Origin: an uncultured Gemmatimonadales bacterium
GTDB lineage: Bacteria; Gemmatimonadota; Gemmatimonadetes; Longimicrobiales; Gaopeijiaceae
Direction of reading: 5' to 3'
Length of the DNA stretch: 64,000 nt
NCBI GenBank assembly: GCA_963809895.1
Contig: CAWELD010000003.1
Span: 1,408,001-1,472,000 of the forward strand
The notes below the pieces were generated by a model. That model saw only the letters and a program-made list of their open reading frames with translations. It was not told where the DNA came from and did not search any database. This document shows positions 55,225 through 64,000 of the stretch, piece after piece. The first letter of the stretch is position 1; each line of letters opens with the position of its first letter. A program made the position numbers and the translations under genes.

Positions 55225-55989
55225 TCACCCCTCCGGTTGCGGCGGCCGGGTGTGGATGCCGTGGGCGAAGCGGCCCCAGCGGATCTCGGTGAGGAAGGGG
55301 AACGGCTCGTAGGACTCGCGGTCGTACGAGAAGTAGATGAACGACACCCGCCCTTCCAGCCGCCAGCCTTCCAGGAGTCCCCAGTAGCGCGAGTCCAGGC
55401 TCTGCTCCCGGTTGTCCCCCATCATGAAGTAGCGGTCCTCGGGGATCACCAGAGGGCCCCAGTCGTCGCGGGTCGGGTGGTAGCTGGCGGGATCGACCCC
55501 CGGCAGGAGGTACCCCTTCTGCCACTCCATCCAGGGATCGTACTGGTCCTCCAGCGCCGTGCGCTTCAGATACGGCTCCTCCTGGCGCACGCCGTCGATG
55601 TAGAGGTCGCCGTCCTTCATGGAGATGGTGTCGCCGGGCAGGCCGATGAGTCGCTTCACCAGGCGGAACTCGTCGGTGTGGGGCGGATCGAAGACCAGAA
55701 CGTCGCCCCGGTGGGGCTCGGAGTAGCCCGGGATGCGGATGTCCGTGAACGGGATCCGGCTGCCCATGGCCAGACGGTTCACCACAAGGAAGTCACCCAC
55801 CAGGAGCGTGTCCTCCATCGATCCCGAGGTGATGACGAAGGTCTGGACGACGAAGGATCGCAGGAGGAGGAAGAGGACCACCGCCACCAGCAGCGAACGG
55901 AGGGTCTCCTGCCAACCTCCCTTCTGGTCCTCGTCCTTCTTCTTGCGGGCCGCCCTGCGTCCTCCCTTGCCCCGCTTGTCACGGCTCAT
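55225..55989 (-). CDS. lepB: Signal peptidase I
   Basis: SGSMEDTL, VKRLIG, GDNR..SLDSRYWG. Confidence 0.95.
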   Translation of the reverse strand: MSRDKRGKGGRRAARKKKDEDQKGGWQETLRSLLVAVVLFLLLRSFVVQTFVITSGSMEDTLLVGDFLVVNRLAMGSRIPFTDIRIPGYSEPHRGDVLVFDPPHTDEFRLVKRLIGLPGDTISMKDGDLYIDGVRQEEPYLKRTALEDQYDPWMEWQKGYLLPGVDPASYHPTRDDWGPLVIPEDRYFMMGDNREQSLDSRYWGLLEGWRLEGRVSFIYFSYDRESYEPFPFLTEIRWGRFAHGIHTRPPQPEG

Positions 55990-56543
55990 TCGCCACCCTC
56001 TTCGTCACCAGGATCGACCATCCGCGCCCCTTCCCCACCCCCGTCCGGCGTACCGGGCCGCTTCTGGAACAAGCGGCGGGGATCCCACCAGGGTAGCGTG
56101 TCGCGCGCGTTCTCCACGGCATCCGGGCCTTCGGGCGCCCACTCCTGCCCCAACACTACGGTCACGTCGAGGTAGAGGTTCGAGTCGGGCCGGGTCTGCA
56201 CCTGCCGGATGCCCAGCGCATCGGCTACCGCCCGCGCCCACTCCAGGTTCCCGGACCGGTCGAGCACCAGCGAGGAGTCCACGTCGAAATCGTCGGCGTT
56301 GCCGTAGTAGACGACGTCGAAGCCCTGATCCCGGAGCCGGTCGGTGGCCGAGCGGGCCATGTTGGCCTTCCCGCCGCCGTTCAGCACCTCGACCCGGACG
56401 CGTTCCCCCACCTGCGGCGCGCGGCCCGGGGCCGCGGGCACCCCGCCGTCGCCGGCGAAGAACTGGCCCAGAGAGGACCCGAGATAGGCACCGACGCCCA
56501 GCACCACGGCCACCAGGACTACAGTTCGGATGCGCGCGCCCAC
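55986..56543 (-). CDS. LytR C-terminal domain membrane protein
   Basis: N-terminal TM; VEVLNG..G.A, GNAD, DVTVVLGQE. Confidence 0.85.
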   Translation of the reverse strand: MGARIRTVVLVAVVLGVGAYLGSSLGQFFAGDGGVPAAPGRAPQVGERVRVEVLNGGGKANMARSATDRLRDQGFDVVYYGNADDFDVDSSLVLDRSGNLEWARAVADALGIRQVQTRPDSNLYLDVTVVLGQEWAPEGPDAVENARDTLPWWDPRRLFQKRPGTPDGGGEGARMVDPGDEEGGE

Positions 56544-57154
56544 GGGGCTCCCTCCGCCATGGCGTTCCAGAAGTCCAGCGTCTCGCGCCGGGCCGGCCGG
56601 CGCTGTTCCAGCAGGTGCATGAGCCGGGCTCGGACGATCTCCGCCACCACCGGCTCGAGGTCGTCCGGCATGCGCTCCCTCAGCTCGCTCCGCCAGTCGT
56701 CGCGGAGCTCCCGGCCGGGCTCGAGGAAGTCGGCGGCGTACAGGGCCCGCCCCGCGCGGTCCAGCGACGGATGGCCCAACGTATGGTACGCCAGTGCGCG
56801 GAGCAGGTCGTCGTCGGCCACACCCTCCCGGCGCAAGCGCTCGGCCACCGCCGGACCGTGCAGCACCGGATCCGGGAGGTCCCGCAGCTCCGGGGGCACC
56901 AGTGCCCGTAGCGCCTCGGGGTCCTCTTCCTTGAGGGCGTCGTGCAGATGGCCCAGCGCGGCCCAGCGGGTGCGTTCCCGCTCGGGAAGCCCGGCCTCGC
57001 GTGCCCACTCGTCCAACAGCGCCGCCACCCGATCCATGTGGGCGCGACGCTTCGGGTTGGCGCGAGCCCAGTTCGGAAGCTCGCCGCGCGCGGCCGCCTC
57101 GACGAGAGGGTGCAGCGCCTCGGTGGAAGGGGAAGCGCCACCATCGGTGGACAC
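56519..57154 (-). CDS. YqeK-like HD-domain hydrolase
   Basis: RRAH, LHDALK, LHGP, YHTLG, AADFLEPGR. Confidence 0.85.
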   Translation of the reverse strand: MSTDGGASPSTEALHPLVEAAARGELPNWARANPKRRAHMDRVAALLDEWAREAGLPERERTRWAALGHLHDALKEEDPEALRALVPPELRDLPDPVLHGPAVAERLRREGVADDDLLRALAYHTLGHPSLDRAGRALYAADFLEPGRELRDDWRSELRERMPDDLEPVVAEIVRARLMHLLEQRRPARRETLDFWNAMAEGAPWARASEL

Positions 57155-57267
57155 GAGCGACCTCGGTGAATGGACCAGGCGGGTGAGGGACGACGCAAGC
57201 TAGACGTGGCCCCGGAGAGTGTCAAAATTCACGCACGCTCCAATCCGCGAATCCAACCCGAGGCCCC

Positions 57268-58920
57268 GTGCTCTGGGATTCACCGCTGGTCGCCAGCACC
57301 GCATCCGCCCTCCACCAGCATCTGCGGGGCGCCCGCCTGCGGGCAGTGCACCTGGAATACGAGGCTCGCCGCCTGCGCCTCCATTTCCGCGAGCACACCC
57401 TGCTCTTCCTCCTTCACCCGGACCACGGGGGGATGATCCTGGCCGACGCCGCCGAGCCCCCGGATCAGGCCCGCCGGCTGGCCTCACAGGTGGTGGCGGT
57501 GGAGGCGCCTCCCGACGACCGGGTGCTGGTGGTCCGTCTGCGACGGGTCCGGGGATCGCCGGCCGAGGCCGCGGTGGTCGTGGAGCTCATGACCAACCAG
57601 TGGAACGCCGCGGTCACCGAGGGCCCGGACCGAACCATCCGGCACCTGCTGCGGCCTCGTGAGGGCGAACGGGCCCTCCGGGTCGGGTCACCCTATCAGC
57701 CGCCCCCGGCGTCGGACCGCGAGGGGATCGATGCCGAGGTGACGCTGGAGCGCTGGCTCGCCGTGCTCGGCGACGCGGATCCCCGGCGCCGGCGGGGGAC
57801 GCTCCTCTCCACCTTCGCCTGGACCTCGTCCCTCAACGCGCGGGAGCTCCTCGGAGCGGCGGCCAGCGCCCAGGCCGGCCCCGAGGGCAGCCGGGCCGCG
57901 CTGGAGGCCGGCTGGAGCCTGTGGCGACGGATCCGCGCCGTGGCGCGGGGCGAGGAAGCCGCCTCTCCCGTCCTGCTCGACGGACCGGACGGCCTCCAGC
58001 CGTATCCCCTGCCCCTGCCGGGCACCCCCGGTTCGGCCGCCGACACCCTCACGGAAGCCCTCACCCGCGCGGCCGACGTCACCACCGCCGCCGCCGCGCT
58101 GCCGACCGAGCTGGTGGAGGCGCTGCGCGGGCAGGTGGAGCGGGCCCGGGGGCGGGTGGCGTCGCTGGAGGAGGAACTGGCGAACCTGTCCGATCCCGCG
58201 GAGCTGCGGGCAGTGGGCGACCTCATCCTGGCACGTTTCCAGGAGGTGCCCACCGGGGCGGAGCGCGTGACGCTTCGGGACTTCGAGGGTGAGGAGGTGG
58301 AGGTGGAGCTGGACCCGTCCCGGCCGCCTGACGCCAACGCCCGCGGGTATTACGATCGCGCCGCCAGGGCCGAGCGAGCGGCGGAGCGGCTGCCGAAGCT
58401 CGCCGCCGAAGCGCGCGCCGCGTGGGAGACGCTCGCCGAGTTGCTGGAGCGCGCCCGGGAGGGCGACGTGGAGGCGGCGGACATCCGGGCGGTGCTGCCC
58501 GAGGAGCGCCCCTCCGCATCGCGCAGCGAAGCCCCTTCGCTGCCGTACCGGCGCTTCCGCTCCAGCGGCGGTCTGGAGATCCGGGTGGGTCGGGGCGCCC
58601 GGCAGAACGACGATCTGACCTTTCACCATTCGGCGCCCGACGACGTGTGGATGCACGCGCGCCACGCCGCGGGAGCCCACGTCATCCTGCGCTGGAACGG
58701 CGAGGGCAATCCCCCGGCCCGGGACCTGGCCGAGGCCGCGGTGCTGGCCGCCGTCCACTCCCGGGCCCGCACGTCGGGCACCGCCCCCGTGGACTGGACG
58801 CGCCGAAAGTACGTGCGCAAGCCCAGGAAGGCGCCCCCCGGGCGCGTGGCCATCGAGCGGGTGCAGACCCTGTTCGTGGAGCCCGACGAGACGCTGGTGG
58901 AGCGACTGCGCGACGAGTGA
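57268..58920 (+). CDS. rqcH: NFACT-family ribosome quality control factor (RqcH/FbpA-like)
   Basis: DR and ELM motifs in NFACT-N, coiled coil with LDP, NFACT-R (VGRGARQND, WMHAR..GAHVI, YVRKP). Confidence 0.85.
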   Translation: MLWDSPLVASTASALHQHLRGARLRAVHLEYEARRLRLHFREHTLLFLLHPDHGGMILADAAEPPDQARRLASQVVAVEAPPDDRVLVVRLRRVRGSPAEAAVVVELMTNQWNAAVTEGPDRTIRHLLRPREGERALRVGSPYQPPPASDREGIDAEVTLERWLAVLGDADPRRRRGTLLSTFAWTSSLNARELLGAAASAQAGPEGSRAALEAGWSLWRRIRAVARGEEAASPVLLDGPDGLQPYPLPLPGTPGSAADTLTEALTRAADVTTAAAALPTELVEALRGQVERARGRVASLEEELANLSDPAELRAVGDLILARFQEVPTGAERVTLRDFEGEEVEVELDPSRPPDANARGYYDRAARAERAAERLPKLAAEARAAWETLAELLERAREGDVEAADIRAVLPEERPSASRSEAPSLPYRRFRSSGGLEIRVGRGARQNDDLTFHHSAPDDVWMHARHAAGAHVILRWNGEGNPPARDLAEAAVLAAVHSRARTSGTAPVDWTRRKYVRKPRKAPPGRVAIERVQTLFVEPDETLVERLRDE

Positions 58921-58944
58921 GCCGGCGCGGGCGTCGGAGCTGGC

Positions 58945-59751
58945 TCAGTCCTCGACGGTGGCGGCGTCCATCCCCTGTCTCAGGGCCGCGGCGAAACGCC
59001 CCGCTCCCTCCACACCGTCGCGCTCCAGCGCCTGGACCAGGGCGCTTCCCACCACCACGCCCTGGGCCACGCGGGCCACCGCTCCGGCCTGCTCGGGGGT
59101 GCTGATGCCGAATCCCACGGCCACCGGCAGATCCACCGCCGCGCGCAGGCGCTCCACCTCACCCGCCAGCTCGTCGCGGAGGCGCGCTCGGGCGCCGGTG
59201 ACACCGGCGCGGGAGATGTAGTACAGGAAGCCCGATGCCCCGCGCGCGACCTCGATCACCCGCTCGGGGCGGGTCGTGGGCGCCAGCAGGCGGATCAGAT
59301 CCAGGCCGGCGTCGCTCGCGGCGGCTTCCAGCGACGGATCGGCACCGGCGGGCAGATCCGTGAGCAGAAGACCGTCGGCGCCGGCGGCCGCGGCGTCACG
59401 GCAGAAGTCCTGGGCGCCGTAGCGCACCACGGGATTCAGGTAGGTGAACAGGACCACCGGCGTGTCCCGTAGCTCACGGAAGGCCCGCACCACGTCCAGC
59501 ACGCCACCCACGGTCATGCCGTTCTGGAGCGCCCGGAAGGACGACGCCTGGATGGTGGGACCGTCGGCCATGGGATCGCTGAAGGGAATCCCCAGCTCGA
59601 TGACGTCGGCGCCGGCATCGGCCAGCGCCACCAGAACCGGAACCGTGGAGTCCAGCTCCGGGAAGCCGGCGGTGACGTAGGGGACCAGCGCGGCCTGGCC
59701 GCGGGCGGCCCGCTCGGCGAAGCGCCGGCGAATACGGGAGTCGTGGGGCAT
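58945..59751 (-). CDS. trpA: Tryptophan synthase alpha chain
   Basis: ELGIPFSDPMADGPTIQ, YLNP, APTT, GVTG, VGFGI. Confidence 0.97.
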   Translation of the reverse strand: MPHDSRIRRRFAERAARGQAALVPYVTAGFPELDSTVPVLVALADAGADVIELGIPFSDPMADGPTIQASSFRALQNGMTVGGVLDVVRAFRELRDTPVVLFTYLNPVVRYGAQDFCRDAAAAGADGLLLTDLPAGADPSLEAAASDAGLDLIRLLAPTTRPERVIEVARGASGFLYYISRAGVTGARARLRDELAGEVERLRAAVDLPVAVGFGISTPEQAGAVARVAQGVVVGSALVQALERDGVEGAGRFAAALRQGMDAATVED

Positions 59752-59796
59752 GGCTCGACAGTGCCGCCGCCCGGGCAGAGGGCCGGGCTCGGCGGT

Positions 59797-61215
59797 TCAG
59801 GAGGTGATGTAGTCCGCCACGCGGATCCCGTATTTCTCGGGATCGGTGGTCTTCAGGATCGTGCGGGCCTGGCCGTCGGGGGCCGTGTGCGGCTTGGTGA
59901 GGTCCAACGTCACCGGGTCGGCCAGCGGTACGCCCATGGCATCGGAGATGAGCTTCACCGTGGGCAGGTGCAGGAAGCGCGGGTCCGGGTTCACCTCGGC
60001 CACCACCGCCAACTCGAAGGAGTCCAGGATGACCAGCGTTCCCACCGGGAACACGCCGGTGGCGGTGACGAGGGCCTTCACCAGGAGCGGATCGTATCCG
60101 CGGCGCGGGTTGTCCCTCATCTCGCGCAGGACCTGGTCCGGCGGCCAGGGCCGGTACTGGTAGCTGCGCACCGAGGTGCCGGCGTCGAAGCCGTCGGCCA
60201 CCGCCACGATGCGCGAGAAGAGCCCGGGCTTGCGGTCACGGCGGTTCGGAGGATATCCGCTCAGATCCAGCTTCATGTGATGCTCGTAGGCGACCAGCAT
60301 CTGCCGGTAGGGCATGTCGCTGAATCCCACCATGTGGAACAGGAGAAGCAGCCCCTCCGTGGGGTGCTGTTTGAGGATCATCCACTCCTCGTCGTCGAGC
60401 CCGCCGGGCTTGTTGATGATGTCCCGGTCGATCCTCATCTTGCCGATGTCGTGGAAGAGGGCCCCGAGGCCCAGATCGTAGAGCTGCATGCGATCCAGAC
60501 CCAGCCGCTGCCCGATGATGAGGCTGAAGATGCACACGTTCACGCAGTGGGTGAACGTGTACTCGTCGAAGTCCCGGAGGGTGGTCATGGTGAGGATCGA
60601 GGGCTCGTTGGAAAGCACCTGATCCACGATGCTCTGCACCGCCCGCTTCACCTTACGCACGTTCACGGCCCGGCCCAGGCGCACGTCTTCGAGGGCGTCG
60701 CGAGCCACCTTCACGGTCTGCACGTAGGTCCGCTTGGCAGCGGCCAGCGCCTCCTCCTTCTCCTCCTCGGCCACCTCCTTCTCGGGCCGGGTCTCTACGT
60801 GGATGACCGGCGTCCGGTCCATGCGCTCCAGGAAGGCCGCGTACGGGTCGTCTTCGTCGGGCTCGCGCAGAAGGAGCGCCAGGAAGGGCGCCCACTCGTC
60901 GCGGCCGATGCCCGGCAGGACGTCGATGGCGCCGATGCCGTGATCCAGTAGCGTGTGGGCGAAGTTGCCGAAGGTCGCGAAGTTGGAGAGGTCCAACCGC
61001 AGACGGGTCTCGTTGAGGAAGAAGAACTCGCCCACGACCCGGAGCTCCATGCCTTCCTCGACGTCCACCAGCCCGGTGACCAGCGCGTGCAGATCGTCCA
61101 GCGCCTGCTGCACGGTGGCGTTCTCCACCGGATAGAGCTTGAGCGAGCGCAACGCGCCGTAGAAGGCCGCCAACAGGCGGCGTCCCCGCTCCTGGACGCT
61201 CATGGCCGCAGTCAC
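59797..61215 (-). CDS. HD-GYP domain protein with N-terminal domain homologous to the upstream HEAT protein
   Basis: DEYTFTH, FHDIGK, HP, HHMKLDLSGYP, VADGFDA..R.Y. Confidence 0.9.
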   Translation of the reverse strand: MTAAMSVQERGRRLLAAFYGALRSLKLYPVENATVQQALDDLHALVTGLVDVEEGMELRVVGEFFFLNETRLRLDLSNFATFGNFAHTLLDHGIGAIDVLPGIGRDEWAPFLALLLREPDEDDPYAAFLERMDRTPVIHVETRPEKEVAEEEKEEALAAAKRTYVQTVKVARDALEDVRLGRAVNVRKVKRAVQSIVDQVLSNEPSILTMTTLRDFDEYTFTHCVNVCIFSLIIGQRLGLDRMQLYDLGLGALFHDIGKMRIDRDIINKPGGLDDEEWMILKQHPTEGLLLLFHMVGFSDMPYRQMLVAYEHHMKLDLSGYPPNRRDRKPGLFSRIVAVADGFDAGTSVRSYQYRPWPPDQVLREMRDNPRRGYDPLLVKALVTATGVFPVGTLVILDSFELAVVAEVNPDPRFLHLPTVKLISDAMGVPLADPVTLDLTKPHTAPDGQARTILKTTDPEKYGIRVADYITS

Positions 61216-61216
61216 G

Positions 61217-62950
61217 TCACTCGCCTCCGCCCCGGAGCGCCCGGTTCACGGCGCTGCGCACCACGGGATCCTCTTCGCGCACGGCCTCCTCCAGCGCCTG
61301 GTGCGCCTCCGGGAGCCCGACCTTGCCGAGTCCGAGGGCGGCGCAGGCCCTGAGCTCGGCGGCCTCGCGGCGTCCGAGAAATCCGCGGCCGTTCAGGAGG
61401 CGGGCCAGGTAGGGCACCGACGCTTCCTGGCCCACGAGGCCGAAGCTCTCGAAGAAGGCGATCTGCTCGCTCAGGTCGGCGCTGCGAAGCTCACGGCTCT
61501 GGAGCGCGGCCTTGAGGGCGTCGGCGGCCGGGCGGTAGCGCAGCGTGCCCAGCGCCCGCGCCGCGGAGATGCGCACCTCGCGCACCGGATCGTCGAGGGC
61601 GGTGATGAGCCCGCCGGCCACGGTGGAGGCCCGGAGCTCGACCGCCGCTTCCACCGCCGCGAGTCGCACCTCGGGATCCCCGTGTCGGAAGAGGTCCGCC
61701 AGCGCCCCGGTCACGGCGCCCACCTTCATGCGCGCGGCCAGGCGAGCCGCACCGGCCACGATCACCGGGTCGGGGTGCGCCAGCAGCGCGGTGAGCTCCC
61801 GCAGGTGACGGGACGCGATCCCCTCGACGGCCTCGCGCAGGACCGGCTGCAACTCCCGACGCTCGGTGAGCTCGGTGGCTCGCAGCAGCGGGCCCAGCGC
61901 GCCGGCACGGAGGTGTTGCAGGAAGGCCCCGAGCTCCCGGGGACGGGGCGCCAGCGACCCGTCCTCCAGCGCCCGTACCACCTCCTGCATGGTCTCGCCA
62001 CTGCTCAACGCGTCCAGGAGGCGAGTGAGCTGTCCCCGGCGCTCTGCGTCGAGCACGTCGTCGTCGCGCTCCTCCATGCGCGCCAGCTCCTCCAGCAGGC
62101 CCGCGGCGGCGCGCAGGGCGCCCCGGGACAGGAGCGTGGGCAGGAGCGTGTGGAAGATCCCCACGATCTCCGACTGGCGCTCCCGGTGCTCCGACTCCTC
62201 CAGACGATCCAGGAGCGCGGCCAGCACGGCGCCCCGCACGTCCCGCTCCATCTCGCGGGTGATCTCCGCGCGCAGCTCATCCATCTCCCGGGGGTCCAGC
62301 GCGTACAGCGTGGGGTTGAAATCCTCGCGGTTCACCAGCTCCGGCGTGGGGGTCAGCGGGCCCACCGCGCCGGTAGGCCGGCCGTTCTCCACCTCCTCTT
62401 CCAGCACCTGCTGGAGCTGCGTCTGCGACGCCGGCTCCCCGGGCTCGGGAACGTCGACGCCCTCGGCGAGGATGTCGACGTAGAAGTACTTGAGGTATTC
62501 GAGCTCGGCCTCCCAGAGCAGCGTCAGGAGGTCGTCGCCGTCGATGCGGGCCTGGCGCGCCTTCTGGAGGACGCCCAGGAAGATCTCCAGCTCGCCCTCG
62601 ATGCCTGGCAGGAAGGTGAGCTCCCGGACGCCGTCCTTGTAGACCAGGAAGGCCAACGACTCGTTCCTGGACGCGGTGCGGTACACCTCGACGCCTTCGT
62701 AGATGAGCGAGTCCTCCTGGACCGCCACCGTGAGCTCGTCGAGCTCGGTCCACAGATGCTGAAACGCCTCGCGCAGCGCAGACACGAAGCGATGGTAGAC
62801 GGGGTTGTTCTCGTCATAGAGCTGGAACGCTCTGAGCGCCTTGCCCAGCGTGACGAAGAGCGCCCGCACCTCCTCCACCGGGAAGAGGTCTTCCGGCATG
62901 TCCCCGGCGGCGGCGGGAACCGAAGCCGAATCGGCGGGCAGGTCGCTCAC
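61217..62950 (-). CDS. HEAT-repeat protein
   Basis: DPEVRLAAVEA, DPVREVRISAARALG, DPVVRSAV repeats. Confidence 0.85.
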   Translation of the reverse strand: MSDLPADSASVPAAAGDMPEDLFPVEEVRALFVTLGKALRAFQLYDENNPVYHRFVSALREAFQHLWTELDELTVAVQEDSLIYEGVEVYRTASRNESLAFLVYKDGVRELTFLPGIEGELEIFLGVLQKARQARIDGDDLLTLLWEAELEYLKYFYVDILAEGVDVPEPGEPASQTQLQQVLEEEVENGRPTGAVGPLTPTPELVNREDFNPTLYALDPREMDELRAEITREMERDVRGAVLAALLDRLEESEHRERQSEIVGIFHTLLPTLLSRGALRAAAGLLEELARMEERDDDVLDAERRGQLTRLLDALSSGETMQEVVRALEDGSLAPRPRELGAFLQHLRAGALGPLLRATELTERRELQPVLREAVEGIASRHLRELTALLAHPDPVIVAGAARLAARMKVGAVTGALADLFRHGDPEVRLAAVEAAVELRASTVAGGLITALDDPVREVRISAARALGTLRYRPAADALKAALQSRELRSADLSEQIAFFESFGLVGQEASVPYLARLLNGRGFLGRREAAELRACAALGLGKVGLPEAHQALEEAVREEDPVVRSAVNRALRGGGE

Positions 62951-62960
62951 ACGTCCTCGG

Positions 62961-64000
62961 TCACTGGAGGATCGAGCCTCGGCCCTCGACCCGGGCCACG
63001 TGCGCCACGTCCTTGTCTCCCCGGCCGCTCAGCGACACCAGCACGGGGCCTCGCCCGGCGTGGGACGTCCCCATGGTGAGAACGTGAGCGATGGCGTGGG
63101 CCGTTTCCAGCGCGGGAATGATCCCCTCCAGTCGCGAGAGCCTGTGGAACGCCGACAGCGCGGCCTCGTCCGTGACCGAAACGTACGTCGCCCGACCACT
63201 GTCCTTCAGGTAGGCATGTTCGGGTCCCACGCCCGGATAGTCCAGTCCGGCGGATACGGAGTGAGCCGGTGACACCTGGCCGTCGGCATCCTGGAGAAGA
63301 TAGCTCATGGCCCCGTGCAGGACACCCGGCTCGCCCGCAGACAGCGTCGCCGCGTGGCGGCCCGAGGCGATCCCCTCGCCCGCGGCCTCCACACCCACCA
63401 GCTCGACGCCCTCGTCGGCCACGAAGGCGTGGAAGATCCCCATGGCGTTGGAGCCCCCACCCACACACGCGACCACGGCGGCGGGCAGGCGGCCCTCCAC
63501 GTCCAGGATCTGGGCCCGGGCTTCGACCCCGATCACCGACTGGAGCTCTCGCACGATCTGCGGGAACGGGTGCGGCCCCACCACCGAGCCGATGACGTAG
63601 TGCGTGTCGGCCACGTTGGTGACCCAGTCCCGAAGCGCTTCGTTGGTGGCGTCCTTGAGGGTCTGCGTGCCCGAGGTCACCGGACGCACCTCGGCCCCCA
63701 GCAACTCCATGCGGTAGACGTTGAGCGCCTGCCGCTCCACGTCTTCCGCGCCCATGTACACGACGCAATCGAGGTCGAAGAGCGCACACGCGGTGGCGGT
63801 GGCGACGCCGTGTTGTCCCGCGCCCGTCTCGGCGATGATCCGTCGCTTGCCCATGCGGCGCGCGAGCAGAACCTGGCCCATGGTGTTGTTGATCTTGTGG
63901 GCCCCGGTGTGGTTGAGGTCCTCGCGCTTCAGGTAGATGGGCTCGAGGCCGGCGGCCTCCTCCAGGCGCCGGGCCCGATAGAGGGGCGTGGGTCGCCCCA
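62961..64000 (-). CDS. trpB: Tryptophan synthase beta chain (5' end outside window)
   Basis: [50 protein letters not shown]. Confidence 0.97.
   Translation of the reverse strand, partial: GRPTPLYRARRLEEAAGLEPIYLKREDLNHTGAHKINNTMGQVLLARRMGKRRIIAETGAGQHGVATATACALFDLDCVVYMGAEDVERQALNVYRMELLGAEVRPVTSGTQTLKDATNEALRDWVTNVADTHYVIGSVVGPHPFPQIVRELQSVIGVEARAQILDVEGRLPAAVVACVGGGSNAMGIFHAFVADEGVELVGVEAAGEGIASGRHAATLSAGEPGVLHGAMSYLLQDADGQVSPAHSVSAGLDYPGVGPEHAYLKDSGRATYVSVTDEAALSAFHRLSRLEGIIPALETAHAIAHVLTMGTSHAGRGPVLVSLSGRGDKDVAHVARVEGRGSILQ

Overview
Very GC-rich bacterial chromosomal window. Gene content suggests Gemmatimonadota or a similar lineage (PadR+ADOP permeases, PgpH-type 7TM-HD, split acyl-CoA mutase); this is an inference. 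1-5.6 kb: a strongly divergent SEDS (FtsW/RodA-like) protein with a large N-terminal extension, coupled to a class-B-like penicillin-binding protein whose ORF is broken by three single-base indels. 5.6-12.5 kb: an accessory zone downstream of tRNA-Leu(CAA). It has an exact 62-bp duplicate of the tRNA 3' end plus a third, degenerate copy. These delimit two tandem integrase-less islands: one carries an orphan Rhs C-terminal module plus a HExxH partner gene, the other a nucleotidyltransferase remnant plus PadR/ADOP with twin operator-like palindromes. 13-64 kb is mostly core: acnA; an acyl-CoA/aromatic lower-pathway operon preceded by a structured leader; a lytic transglycosylase; rplU-rpmA; RNase G/E; a branched-chain acyl-CoA cluster (AtuA pair, carboxyltransferase, isobutyryl-CoA-mutase-type mutase, MeaB); aspS-phoH-pgpH-ybeY-mgtE; rlmN; lepB; yqeK; rqcH; and trpB/trpA split by a HEAT-repeat + HD-GYP pair sharing a homologous N-terminal domain. 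All calls come from reading motifs by eye; no database searches were run.
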